Below, piece by piece: positions 48,914 through 59,018 of a stretch of DNA of 64,000 nt. Every line of letters starts with the position of its first letter. The first letter of the stretch is position 1. The notes under the pieces were generated by a model, which was not told the DNA's origin, ran no database searches, and saw only the letters and a program-made list of their open reading frames with translations. Position numbers and translations under genes: made by a program. Source of the stretch: a virus. The stretch covers positions 10,805 through 74,804 of IMG/VR virus record IMGVR_UViG_3300037258_000374. One strand, given 5' to 3'.

Positions 48914-49912
48914 ATGGCCGGTCCGAGCAAATTCGTGATCGATGGGTACCCCATCGATGTACAGATTCGATTCGAAGGCCGCTACGAGAGCGAGGTCACG
49001 AAGTTCCCCGTCGAGAAGGGTAGCGATCCAACCGACAACATCCGCCAGAGGCCGCGCGTGATCGATGTCGAAGGCGTGGTCAGCTCGACGCCGATCGGAG
49101 CCATCGCGCTCGACCCGACTCGCGCATCGCTCCAGGGCTCGAAGCTGCCGCCGACCGATGCGTATCAGCGGATGATCGCGATCTGGACTGCGAAGCGATA
49201 CGTCACCGTCCAGACGACGCGCGACACGTATCAGAACATGGCGATGACGTCGTTCGTCGACACCATCGAGAGCGGCGAGGCGAACTCGCTCATGTTCCAG
49301 GCGACTTTCGAAGAGATCGTCATCGTCGACACGCAGCGCGTCACGGTCAACAGCATCCAGCACCAGGGCCTCGGCTTCATCGCGCCGACAATCGCAAACC
49401 TCAACGCCTTCGGAAAGTTCGTGCTGAGCAAGGTGAGGGAATCGGATTTCGCCGGCTACTCGTACGAAGGGAATGCAGATACGGGGACACCGATCATCAA
49501 ATACACGAAGCACATCCCAGTCAACGACAGCATCTATGGCAGTCCGGTGCTTTCGACGACCCACGAAGACCGAATCGCGACGAACGGCTACGATCCGTTC
49601 CCCGGATTGAACTGGGTCGATCACTACATCATCCCTGGCATCACCAACGACGAGAGCGACAAGAAGCGAACTCTAGTCGACGGATACATCCAGACTCTCG
49701 ATCAAGGCGTCAATCAGGCCAAGGGCTACTATGCGATTGCCCTAACGCGGAGTCAGGCGCCGACGGGGTCAAAACAAACCAACAGCGCGCCGACGCAGAA
49801 CTACGGAGATGGGACCGTTCGCAACAGCAGTGGGCAGTCCATTACGCAAGCCCCGCCTGCGCCGAGCAACGTCACCACGTGGAATCATCTGGCCGAGAAC
49901 GACGGAACATGA
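48914..49912 (+). CDS. Baseplate/tail-tube initiator (Dit-like N-terminus)
   Basis: EVTKFPVEKGSDPTDNI, VTVQT...YQNM, FEEIVIV. Confidence 0.7.
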   Translation: MAGPSKFVIDGYPIDVQIRFEGRYESEVTKFPVEKGSDPTDNIRQRPRVIDVEGVVSSTPIGAIALDPTRASLQGSKLPPTDAYQRMIAIWTAKRYVTVQTTRDTYQNMAMTSFVDTIESGEANSLMFQATFEEIVIVDTQRVTVNSIQHQGLGFIAPTIANLNAFGKFVLSKVRESDFAGYSYEGNADTGTPIIKYTKHIPVNDSIYGSPVLSTTHEDRIATNGYDPFPGLNWVDHYIIPGITNDESDKKRTLVDGYIQTLDQGVNQAKGYYAIALTRSQAPTGSKQTNSAPTQNYGDGTVRNSSGQSITQAPPAPSNVTTWNHLAENDGT

Positions 49913-50289
49913 TCACCGAATATATATTGCCGTTGTCGCCATCGATTCCATCGTACGATTTTATCGCTACGATAGAAGGCCGCGCATTAGCATTCAATGT
50001 CCGGTGGAATCAACGAGAGCCGTCTTCGAACCCCGTCGGCGCTGGCGCATGGTTCATGGACATCGCCGAGATCGACGCCACTCCGATCATGACCGGAATC
50101 AAGATCGTTCTCGGAGCATTCCTCGGTCGCGAGTCAACGCACATCATCTTCAAGCGCGGCGTGTTCATCGCCTACGACACGAGCTCGAATCAACAGGACG
50201 CTGGATACGACGACCTCGGAACGCGCGTGATGGTCAAGTACATCCCGGCGATCGATTGGCTTCGTCGACTCACACAAGAGACGCTGTGA
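49909..50289 (+). CDS. Small baseplate protein
   Basis: FNVRWNQR, WFMDI, GIKIVLG. Confidence 0.7.
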   Translation: MITEYILPLSPSIPSYDFIATIEGRALAFNVRWNQREPSSNPVGAGAWFMDIAEIDATPIMTGIKIVLGAFLGRESTHIIFKRGVFIAYDTSSNQQDAGYDDLGTRVMVKYIPAIDWLRRLTQETL

Positions 50290-51179
50290 CACTGCTGTTC
50301 GGACGCGTCGCGCGCATGACCTTCTGGCGCCAGCCCGCGCCGGCAACGTTCATCGGCGCGAATCCGCAGTTCTTCGACAGGATCGATAACGGCATCGAGA
50401 TCACCGCGCTCCGATTCAAGTTCTCGGTCGACAAGCACATCGGCCCGGAGCCGAATACGTGTGACATCACGCTGTTCAACGCAAACGACGAAACGCGCAG
50501 CTTCATCGACCACAAACCGATGATGGTCAAGCTCGACGCCGGCTACGACGGCATCTATCGCAACCTGTTCATCGGGAACATCAGGTACAGCGACAGCATC
50601 CGCAAAGGAACCGAATGGGAGACCACGATGCAGGTCGCCGATGGAGCTCGGGCGTTCTCGTTCGGCCGGATGAATCGCAGCTACAAGAAGCCGATCAGCG
50701 TGCTCCGCGTGCTCCAGGATGCCGCCAACTCGATGAGCCTGCAGCTGCCGCCTGAGGTCGAGCAGAGCGTCGAGCTGAAGCAGGCGCTCTCGACCGGGAT
50801 TTCGATGCACGGTCCGGCGCGCGATATCCTGACAAGGCTGCTGGCGCCGTACGGCTACTCGTGGAGCATTCAGAATCAGCGCCTGCAGATCCTCCGCGAC
50901 GATCAGGTTCGCGAAGACCAGGCGGTGCTCATCAACCAGGGCACCGGGCTCGTGGGAACGCCAGCGCGCTCGACTCCGACGAACGACGGCAAGCCGTCCA
51001 CGGTGTCGTGCGTCGTGCTGCTCTATCCCGAACTGACTCCTGGTGCGAAGATGAAGCTCCAGAGCCAGAAGATCAACGGCGAGTTCCGCATGCAGAAGAT
51101 CGTATCGGAGGGCGACACGCACGACGACGGGGAGACCTGGACCTCGAAGATCGAGGCGCGTCCGCTAGGGCCTGCCTGA
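50286..51179 (+). CDS. Baseplate hub protein
   Basis: FSVDK..PNTCDITLFN, LDAGY, WSIQN, GLVGTP, GDTH. Confidence 0.8.
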   Translation: MTLLFGRVARMTFWRQPAPATFIGANPQFFDRIDNGIEITALRFKFSVDKHIGPEPNTCDITLFNANDETRSFIDHKPMMVKLDAGYDGIYRNLFIGNIRYSDSIRKGTEWETTMQVADGARAFSFGRMNRSYKKPISVLRVLQDAANSMSLQLPPEVEQSVELKQALSTGISMHGPARDILTRLLAPYGYSWSIQNQRLQILRDDQVREDQAVLINQGTGLVGTPARSTPTNDGKPSTVSCVVLLYPELTPGAKMKLQSQKINGEFRMQKIVSEGDTHDDGETWTSKIEARPLGPA

Positions 51180-51859
51180 TGCCGGAGCGCTCGCTAACCG
51201 TTCGACTCGAGGAGCTCGTGCGAGACGCCGTGCAAGAGCAACTCTACGTGGTGCGCGTCGCGATGCCGGCGATGATCACCGAGTACGACAACACGACGCA
51301 GTTCGCCTCGGTGCAGCCGCTCATCAAGCATGGCTATACGAACGAACAGGGCGACCGCATCGCGGAGACGCTACCGATCATCCACGATGTTCCGGTGCAC
51401 ATGTTCGGAGGATTCGGCGGGAACGCCCGCATCACGTGTCCGGTCCAGAAGGGCGACGTCTGCCTGATGGTGTGCAGCTCGAGCGCGATCGATCGCTGGC
51501 TGCAGCGAGCCGGCGCGGCCATCACCGATCCTATCGATGATCGGCGACACGACATCAACGACGCGATCGCGTACGTCGGGCTCCACAACTACAAGACGGT
51601 GCCGACGACGGCGCCGCTCGATGCTCTCGTGCTCCATGCGTACAACGGTATCCTGATCCGGCTCGGCAGCCCTGATGCGGCCGGGGATGTCGTTGTGCAG
51701 TCCGCCCTTGACGACTTCGGCACTGCACTTGGGACGGCGATCATCGCGCTCGGCGCCAATCCTGCCGCTGCTGCGCTCACGGCGCTGCAGACCGCGCTCG
51801 GAGCCCTCAATACCGGAGCTGGCTGGAAGGCCGGAACCACAAAGACGAAGGCGGAGTGA
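51179..51859 (+). CDS. Baseplate spike (Gp138-like N-terminal OB fold)
   Basis: VAMPA, VQPLI, DVPV, PVQKGD, RRHDINDA. Confidence 0.8.
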   Translation: MPERSLTVRLEELVRDAVQEQLYVVRVAMPAMITEYDNTTQFASVQPLIKHGYTNEQGDRIAETLPIIHDVPVHMFGGFGGNARITCPVQKGDVCLMVCSSSAIDRWLQRAGAAITDPIDDRRHDINDAIAYVGLHNYKTVPTTAPLDALVLHAYNGILIRLGSPDAAGDVVVQSALDDFGTALGTAIIALGANPAAAALTALQTALGALNTGAGWKAGTTKTKAE

Positions 51860-51860
51860 C

Positions 51861-52244
51861 ATGGCGACGACGACGCTACCGCTCGAGACCGACTTCATCT
51901 GCTGGGCGATCGATCCGATCACGGGCGATCTGATCTTCCCGATCGTCTGGCTGTCGGGCATCCCTGCGATCGTTCAGGGCGTCACGTGCCGGTTGCGCCT
52001 GTTCCTCGGAGAATGGTTCCTAAAGCTGACCGATGGTGTGGACTGGCAAGACATCCTCGGCGAGAAGTTCAACGAGACGCTGCTGTACACCGAGGTCTCG
52101 AAGCAGATCCTCGCAACACCAGGAGTCACCGGCATCGTGTCGCTGACGGCTACTTTCGACAACCCGAGTCGAGCCGCGACTGTTACCTTCGTCGCGAGTT
52201 CGGAGTTCGGCAACACGCCTTCGACGACCCTCACCGTGCCCTAG
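51861..52244 (+). CDS. Baseplate gp25/W-like sheath initiator
   Basis: RLRLFLGEWFL..GVDW..ILG, ILATPGVTGI. Confidence 0.8.
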   Translation: MATTTLPLETDFICWAIDPITGDLIFPIVWLSGIPAIVQGVTCRLRLFLGEWFLKLTDGVDWQDILGEKFNETLLYTEVSKQILATPGVTGIVSLTATFDNPSRAATVTFVASSEFGNTPSTTLTVP

Positions 52245-52252
52245 GAGCTGCC

Positions 52253-53602
52253 ATGGCCACCCCAGGATTGTCCCCGACCGGCCTCGTCATCGACACGATC
52301 GATACGATCATGGCGGCCATCACCGCCGACGTCCAAGATCGGTGGGGGCAATCGATCGACAACAGTTCGGCGACGCCGAACGGGCAATTCTCCGGGATCG
52401 TCGCCGAGCGACTAGCATCGGTCTGGCAGGGACTCGAGTCCGTGTACTCGGCATGGGATCCCGACAAGGCGACGGGGCAGGGTCTCGACGCCATCTGCAA
52501 GATCACCGGAACGTTTCGAACGCCGGCCACGAGCTCGACGGTCACCGAGACGCTTGCCGGAGATCCATCGACGGTGGTTGCGGCTGGATTCACCGTGGCG
52601 ACCTCGAGCACCGAGGAGCCATTCGTCTCCCAGGTCGACATCTCGCTCGATGCGCTAGACGATTGGGCGACCTCTACCAGCTACGATCTGGACGATCGAG
52701 TCACGGCGAATGCACGCTGCTACCAGTGCATCACCGCGGGCGAGAGCGACTCGACCGGCAGCGGACCGAGCACGACTGATGCCGACATCACGGACAACGA
52801 TGCTCATTGGACGTACATCGGAGACGGCACGGCGGTCGGCGATGTGGTCTGCGCGAGCCAGGACACGGGGCCGATCGTCGGCACCGCGCGCGACATCACG
52901 GACATCCAGACGCCGCTCGGTGGCGTGAACACGGCCATCAATATCGATGACGCCGAACTCGGATCGCTCGAGATGAGCGATCAGAACCTGCGACTTCTCC
53001 GCGAGGAAGAACTCGCGAAGCCGGGGTCGACGACGCAGGATGCGATTCGCGCGCTGCTGCTCGAGATCAGTGGCGTTACCAGCGTGACCGTCTACATGAA
53101 CGTCGACGACGTCACCGACGATAACAGCGTGCCGCCGCACGCGGTGATGGCGCTCGTCGTTGGCGGTGCCGATCAGGACACCGGGAACGCGCTTTGGCAA
53201 TTAGGTGTCGCCGCCGGCATCAAGACATCCGGCGGCACATCGGTTTCAGTGGTCGACAGCGAAGGCAACACCCAGACGGTGAAGTTCTCGCGCGTGACCG
53301 GCGTCCCTATCTCGATCATCATCACGCTGACGAAGGACCCCGACACGTACATCGGCGATGCGAACGTCAAGACGCTGATCGCGACCTGGGGCAACGCAAA
53401 CGGGATCGGCTTCGACGCGGTGTCGTCGGCGATCGGCGCGCAGGCGTTCGGCGATCCCGGCGTGCGCGAGGTCGTCACCACGTATATCGCTCTGTATCCC
53501 GCTACGCCGGTCAGCAGCACGAAGATCTCCATCGACTTCTTGCATCAGGCCACCTACGACACCGTCAACATCACGGTCAACAGCTCGGATTTCACGCCGT
53601 AG
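52253..53602 (+). CDS. Baseplate J-like wedge protein with CBM-like insert
   Basis: ATGQGLD, EMSDQNLRL, VPPHAV, AAGI.TSG. Confidence 0.85.
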   Translation: MATPGLSPTGLVIDTIDTIMAAITADVQDRWGQSIDNSSATPNGQFSGIVAERLASVWQGLESVYSAWDPDKATGQGLDAICKITGTFRTPATSSTVTETLAGDPSTVVAAGFTVATSSTEEPFVSQVDISLDALDDWATSTSYDLDDRVTANARCYQCITAGESDSTGSGPSTTDADITDNDAHWTYIGDGTAVGDVVCASQDTGPIVGTARDITDIQTPLGGVNTAINIDDAELGSLEMSDQNLRLLREEELAKPGSTTQDAIRALLLEISGVTSVTVYMNVDDVTDDNSVPPHAVMALVVGGADQDTGNALWQLGVAAGIKTSGGTSVSVVDSEGNTQTVKFSRVTGVPISIIITLTKDPDTYIGDANVKTLIATWGNANGIGFDAVSSAIGAQAFGDPGVREVVTTYIALYPATPVSSTKISIDFLHQATYDTVNITVNSSDFTP

Positions 53603-53638
53603 CGGTGTCCTTGTTCGGGGTGGCCACGCCGTGTTCTG

Positions 53639-54526
53639 ATGGCGGGGATGACGCACGGCCGCGAGACCCAGACCATCGGAGCGAACGACGTGGGCGATGC
53701 GCGCGAGCTGCTGAGCGCCTCCACGCTGCCAGAGCGCCCCACACACGCCGCGATCGACGGGCATCGCCACCTCATCACGGTGATCGAGGACGCTGGCCCG
53801 GACTCCGCGCACACGCACCGCGTCCGATTTGGCTGCGGCCTCGCATTCGACGTCCGCGGCGAGCACCAGTTCGTGGCGCATGCGGTCGGGGCGAGCACCG
53901 CTCCGCATGCGACTACGCCTGATGAGATTCGAGAGCTCGCGCACAAGGCTCGCCAGCTCGCACAGCTAGCGGCCAGCGCGAACGACAGACTCATCGAGCT
54001 GCGTGATGGCCGCGAGCTCGCGCTCGTTGTCCGCAAGCCATCGTGGCTGCGCCGGCAGATGGATCGCTTGCTTCGCCGCGGCGGCGTCGGCGTCGATGAC
54101 AGACTGAAGCGCCTCGTCGAGCTCGACCGCCAGGCGCACGAGGCGAGGCTCGAGAGCGCGGTGGCGAATGAGCAACTGCATACAGCGCGTGATCCGCGCG
54201 ACCACGAGCGCTGGCTCACCGCGACCGCCGAGGCGCCCATCAAGGCCGACTGCGCTCACTGCGCCGGCGTGGAGCGCGCCGAGCTCGCCGCCATCGCTCC
54301 TCCGGTGGTCGGGCGCCGCGTGCGCGAAGCGGATATCCGTACCGGGCTGCCGTGCCCGGAGTGCGGCAGCGAGATCCGTATCCGCCGCCACAACGGCACG
54401 GCATCGTGCACCCAGGAGGGTCACGACTTCACGATCCCAGAGGTCCAGGCTTCGGCGTTCCGACTGCTCGCGCGACTCGCCGGCGGTGCGAGCGTGACGA
54501 TCACGCCCACCAAGAAAGACGCGTAG
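53639..54526 (+). CDS. Hypothetical protein with CxxC motifs (non-structural-looking)
   Basis: CAHC, CPEC...C...H; Arg/His-rich. Confidence 0.55.
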   Translation: MAGMTHGRETQTIGANDVGDARELLSASTLPERPTHAAIDGHRHLITVIEDAGPDSAHTHRVRFGCGLAFDVRGEHQFVAHAVGASTAPHATTPDEIRELAHKARQLAQLAASANDRLIELRDGRELALVVRKPSWLRRQMDRLLRRGGVGVDDRLKRLVELDRQAHEARLESAVANEQLHTARDPRDHERWLTATAEAPIKADCAHCAGVERAELAAIAPPVVGRRVREADIRTGLPCPECGSEIRIRRHNGTASCTQEGHDFTIPEVQASAFRLLARLAGGASVTITPTKKDA

Positions 54527-54528
54527 TC

Positions 54529-55551
54529 ATGGGCCTGCCGACCGTCTCGCTCTCGTGGGACTTCACGAAGATCAACCAGCGCGAGACCTACTCCAGCGTC
54601 AACGACGCGACCGGATTCGCGCTCTTTACGCTATGGCGATACGCGATCGACGTGCTCGGCTGGACCGTCAAGTACACGTGCGACGGCACGACGGGCCCGA
54701 GCAGCTCGAGCGACCACACCGACCGTCTGACCACGAAGGCCAAGTGCATCACGCGCGGCACGAGCACGACCGCTGCGCAGTCGTTCGGCGTCGCTACGGA
54801 TGGAGGCGGCGCGGATCATCTGTTCGCATACCTCGGATCCGGCAGCTCGCCGACCGGAGACGATCTGTTCTACATCGCCTACTCGCCGACCGGCGTTTAT
54901 GTGCCGGCAGGAACCGCGACGAACACGCCGACCGCTACCGACCAAGTGCTGGTGATGAACTCGCTGACGCTGGTCGGCACGGGCACGAATGATCGCGTTG
55001 TGACGATCGTTGGCGACACCACCAAGAAGCATCTGCATCTGCTCATCTACAGCAACGGCGCGCTAGTGCGCGAGTACTGGATCACGCGCTGCACCTCCAC
55101 GGTTCTCTCAGCATGGAACTGGAACGATCCGCTGATCGTCGGTCAGGTGACGGCGGTTACGGCGTCAAACGCTGCAGCCACCGGCGGCGGAAGCATGGCG
55201 CTTCCGGCCGGCTCCACGCAGGGCTCAACCGGAAACGCCTACGCGAAGATCGGTACGACGATCGCGGCAGTCGGCGGCGGAGGGGAGCACCCCGTCGGGA
55301 CCGGAGCAGGCGGCACCTTTGCTGTCGCTAATCCAGAGCTAAACGGCGGCGCGCCGATCGTTCCGATCACGTTCGGCACGGCAACGACAAACGTTGAAGG
55401 TAAGCTCGGCAACGCGATCGACGAGTGGTTTCCGTATTCGACCGCCATTCCAGACGGAAACGCGTTCGGATCGTCGCCGAGCTTCCAGTTCATATATGCG
55501 AACACGAGCATGATCGCGTGGGATGGCGTCAACCCGCTGGTGACGAGCTAG
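54529..55551 (+). CDS. Virion structural (tail fibre-associated) protein
   Basis: Thr/Gly/Ser-rich; in the tail module. Confidence 0.6.
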   Translation: MGLPTVSLSWDFTKINQRETYSSVNDATGFALFTLWRYAIDVLGWTVKYTCDGTTGPSSSSDHTDRLTTKAKCITRGTSTTAAQSFGVATDGGGADHLFAYLGSGSSPTGDDLFYIAYSPTGVYVPAGTATNTPTATDQVLVMNSLTLVGTGTNDRVVTIVGDTTKKHLHLLIYSNGALVREYWITRCTSTVLSAWNWNDPLIVGQVTAVTASNAAATGGGSMALPAGSTQGSTGNAYAKIGTTIAAVGGGGEHPVGTGAGGTFAVANPELNGGAPIVPITFGTATTNVEGKLGNAIDEWFPYSTAIPDGNAFGSSPSFQFIYANTSMIAWDGVNPLVTS

Positions 55552-55554
55552 CCG

Positions 55555-57099
55555 GTGTCGATCGCAGTCGCCGCGCTTGGCGGCAACAAGGGATCTGGGT
55601 CCAGCGCGATCTCAGCATCGTTCGGACCGGCGGTCGGCGACATGATTCTCGCGTTCACCGCGATGAACGGCAACACGAGCACGCGCGGATCGTTCTCGGA
55701 CAACGCTGGCGATGGTGGGGGATGGGGCGAGCTCGCCGAACTGTCCAACGCCAACGGCAGAATCACGGCATGGGTCCGATCAAAAGGACCACCAAACCAG
55801 ACCATCGCGTTCACCTTCACGCCCGACGCAGCCGCCAACGACGCCGCGTTTTACGTCACGAACTGGTCGGGCGCGAGCCTCGTTGGCTCCGATGGCGTAC
55901 GCCAGAGCGCGACCGGATCCGGGTCATCTAGCGCGCCAGCGACAACGTTCGGCGTAGCCGCCCGCACGCAGGATGCGATCCTCGTCGCGGAGGTAGACTT
56001 CGGCAACAACGCTAGCGCCCTGACTGCGCCGACGAGCTACGCATCCGCGCTCGCCGCGACACAGAACGGCATCCGCTTATCGGTGTCGTCTCGAAACACC
56101 GGCGAGACCGGAACCACGATCACGTGGGGGGCAACCTCCGGATCCTCGGCCTGGTTGGCTATCGCCATCGAGCTGATCCCCGGCAACGAAGGCACCACGG
56201 TCAACAGCAATCCGTCATCGATGGCGCAAGGGGTTGTCCACGGAATGTGGGCATACGACATGATCGCGGGCTATCCGCGACAGTGGAGCAAGCCGATGGT
56301 GATCGTTCCTTGGAAGCTGAGCACCGCGATCGATCTCCGCGTTCGCATGCTGAGCAAGATCTCGAGCAGACCGATGACCGGCCTGTCCGGATTCACGTGG
56401 ACGGTGCAAGGCAAGAAGACCGGCGGCTCGCTAGCGACTATCACGCCGAGCAGCATCGTCGAGGACGGCGACGGCTGGTACACGGTATCGCTGCCATCGA
56501 GCGCCGAGAACACGCTCGGATTCGTCACGATGTACATCGATGTCGCTGCGCAGGTCGGCACCGAAGGCGCGTTCTGTCCGAGCGATATCGTGCTGGATGT
56601 CGTCGCGTACGATCAGCAGGATGGCGTGCGGCTCGGGCTCACGGCATTGCCTAATGCCGCGGCTGGAGCGAACGGCGGCCTGCCTCTCGTCGGATCGCAG
56701 ATTCCGAACGCCAACGTGGGCGCGGCGAATGGTCTGCTGACGCAGGGAAGCGGCACCGCTCAGATCGACACCGATGGCGACGGCAACGTGCCCGTCAACG
56801 GCGGCACCGTCACGGTCAGCGGCACGGTCGTTGTGGGCTCGTACGACACCGGCCAGGAGCCTGGCGGTCAGATCAAACCGAACAGCTTGGTCGACAACAA
56901 CGTCTACGGCATCAGCGGTGGGTCGAACGGAAAGGTGGTCAGCTGGAGACTCCGCGTGTTCGAAACGAAAGCGGACCGCATCGCTGCCACCCCGGGCGCA
57001 CCGAACAACACGGACGGAGAAATCGAGCGCTACCTCGGCTCGGCCACGTACAATAGCGACGGAACGTTGGCGACCTACGCGAATGACAAGGATCTCTGA
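55555..57099 (+). CDS. Virion structural (fibre/appendage) protein
   Basis: Beta-rich; ALPNAAAGANGGL repeated twice. Confidence 0.6.
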   Translation: MSIAVAALGGNKGSGSSAISASFGPAVGDMILAFTAMNGNTSTRGSFSDNAGDGGGWGELAELSNANGRITAWVRSKGPPNQTIAFTFTPDAAANDAAFYVTNWSGASLVGSDGVRQSATGSGSSSAPATTFGVAARTQDAILVAEVDFGNNASALTAPTSYASALAATQNGIRLSVSSRNTGETGTTITWGATSGSSAWLAIAIELIPGNEGTTVNSNPSSMAQGVVHGMWAYDMIAGYPRQWSKPMVIVPWKLSTAIDLRVRMLSKISSRPMTGLSGFTWTVQGKKTGGSLATITPSSIVEDGDGWYTVSLPSSAENTLGFVTMYIDVAAQVGTEGAFCPSDIVLDVVAYDQQDGVRLGLTALPNAAAGANGGLPLVGSQIPNANVGAANGLLTQGSGTAQIDTDGDGNVPVNGGTVTVSGTVVVGSYDTGQEPGGQIKPNSLVDNNVYGISGGSNGKVVSWRLRVFETKADRIAATPGAPNNTDGEIERYLGSATYNSDGTLATYANDKDL

Positions 57100-57653
57100 T
57101 GTCGGCCGAAGCGATCAGCACCGAAGGATTCATCGCGGGCTCGATGGGCGGCGACATGACCGCTCCGACGATCGCTGTCGTCTCGCCCACGCCGTCGACG
57201 CCGCCCGGCACCGACGACGGATTCCCGGCCGATTTCACCAGCGCGGCCGCCACGCCGATCATCATCGACATCACCGACGCGGATCCTGGCGTCGCGTTCA
57301 TCGTCATCACGAACGAGACCAGCGGAGAGGTTACGGTCTTCCGAGGGCTGAACTTCCTCGGCGACTACATCGCGGAGGGCTCTTCGGATGCGATCTCAGA
57401 CGGCTACGAACTCTCGATCCTGCCGAGCGCCGGCTGGCCGAAGCCGAGCGATGTGACCGCTCAGAGTTTCATCAAGCTGCGCGTCGACGCGATCGACGGC
57501 GCCGGCAATTGGGCGACAGCCTCCTTCGTCTGGACGCTGCCGGCTCCTCAGACCGCCGTGGTTCCCTCAAGCGAGCCGATCGAAGGCATCGACCACGTGG
57601 CGCTAGCGATCGACCGCCTCGCCTATCAGTTCAGGGGAAACACGGGCACATGA
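57099..57653 (+). CDS. Ig-like virion protein ending in the N-terminal helix of a DUF2612-type wedge
   Basis: DMTAPTI...DAIDGAGN Ig-like signature; C-terminus IDHVALAIDRLAYQFRG. Confidence 0.6.
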   Translation: MSAEAISTEGFIAGSMGGDMTAPTIAVVSPTPSTPPGTDDGFPADFTSAAATPIIIDITDADPGVAFIVITNETSGEVTVFRGLNFLGDYIAEGSSDAISDGYELSILPSAGWPKPSDVTAQSFIKLRVDAIDGAGNWATASFVWTLPAPQTAVVPSSEPIEGIDHVALAIDRLAYQFRGNTGT

Positions 57654-58201
57654 CGACGAACTTCAACACCGGGCGCAACACGGTCGACTTCCTGTCGATC
57701 ATCATCTCGCCGTTCCAGACGCTCGAGGACACGCTCCAGCAGATGCTGACGATGCGCACGGTCGACACCGCGCAAGGCGTCAACCTCGACATCATCGGCA
57801 AGATCGTCGGCCAGGGACGCAGTGGCTCGGCCGTCGACAGCGACGACATCTATCGGCAGTACATCCGAGCTCGCATCGCGACCAATCTCTCGCGTGGGCT
57901 GCCGCAAGACCTCTACACGATCGCTCGCCTCATCACTGGCACAACGCCGCTCGTGAACGGCCGCATCATCGTGCGCACGGTCTGGAACGCGACGCTCATC
58001 CTTGAGCTGCAGGACATCGCGGTTGACGAAGACACCGCGATCGTGTTGCAAGAGATGCTCGTGGCGGCAACCTCGGCAGGCGTGCGTATCATCATCGTCT
58101 ACAGCGCGCGTCCGCTCGCTCAGACATTTCGCTTCGACGTCGGGCCCGGCTGGGACCAGGGCCATCTCGCTCGAGGCATCGACTACAGGAGCACACCGTA
58201 A
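57650..58201 (+). CDS. Baseplate wedge protein (DUF2612-like)
   Basis: VDTAQGVNLDIIGKIVGQGR, DDIYRQYIRARIATN, AGVR. Confidence 0.8.
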   Translation: MTTNFNTGRNTVDFLSIIISPFQTLEDTLQQMLTMRTVDTAQGVNLDIIGKIVGQGRSGSAVDSDDIYRQYIRARIATNLSRGLPQDLYTIARLITGTTPLVNGRIIVRTVWNATLILELQDIAVDEDTAIVLQEMLVAATSAGVRIIIVYSARPLAQTFRFDVGPGWDQGHLARGIDYRSTP

Positions 58202-59001
58202 TGGCTGCACCGAGCGTATATCCCGACTGGGACACCAACCTCACGAACACGACTGCGATCGCCAGCGGTCACACCACCGACGGTTACGACACCGACGAGG
58301 TGCCCGACAGCGACGAATTCAACCAGTGGATGGCGTACGTCGGCCTATGGATCCGCTACCTCGGATCGTTCACGCCTGGCACGAGGATCGGGTACCAGAT
58401 CAAAACCGGAAGCGGAACCTACACGCCGACTACGGGGACGAGGAGAGTTCGGCTCCGCGGAATCGGCGGCGGCGGCAGCGGCGGCGGCGCCAGTTCGGTT
58501 TCGTCTCAGTACGCGGCGGCCGCTGGCGGCGGCAGCGGCGTCTATATCGAGAAGTGGATCGATCCTGCCGCGCTGATCGTCGGAGGCGCATACGTCTGCG
58601 GCGCAGGCGGTTCCGATAGCGCAGGCGGAGACTCCACGATTTCGATTCAATCGACGACATATACCGCAGCGGGTGGCGCCCTCGGGGAGGGCGACACTGG
58701 ATCGGCAAGTTCGCATTTGTCTCGCGGCTTCGTGACCGGACCGTCGGGATCTACTGGCGACATCATACAGAGCGAGTTCGGCGGTAATGGACTCGTTATC
58801 GCAAACGAAATCAACAGGGGCGGGGATGGCGCCAGTGGACCGTGGGGAACCGGGGGCGATGGAGCCTCAATGTCATTTGACGGCAATCCAGCCCTCGGAC
58901 ACGGAGCTGGCGGTGGTGGTGGCGTTTCGACAAACGCTGCAGGCACCGCCGTTGGAGGTGTCGGAAGCGCTGGTATGTGGATCATTGAGGAGTTCGCGTA
59001 A
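58201..59001 (+). CDS. Glycine-rich tail fibre protein
   Basis: P.SDEFNQW, GSGTYTP, GIGGGGSGGG, GHGAGGGG, GMWIIEEF. Confidence 0.75.
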   Translation: MAAPSVYPDWDTNLTNTTAIASGHTTDGYDTDEVPDSDEFNQWMAYVGLWIRYLGSFTPGTRIGYQIKTGSGTYTPTTGTRRVRLRGIGGGGSGGGASSVSSQYAAAAGGGSGVYIEKWIDPAALIVGGAYVCGAGGSDSAGGDSTISIQSTTYTAAGGALGEGDTGSASSHLSRGFVTGPSGSTGDIIQSEFGGNGLVIANEINRGGDGASGPWGTGGDGASMSFDGNPALGHGAGGGGGVSTNAAGTAVGGVGSAGMWIIEEFA

Positions 59002-59018
59002 CGCGAAGAAGTATCGCG

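Noticed and set aside
54529-59001. Diversity-generating retroelement or invertible tail-fibre cassette
   Set aside because: No reverse transcriptase, invertase or template/variable repeat pair was seen.
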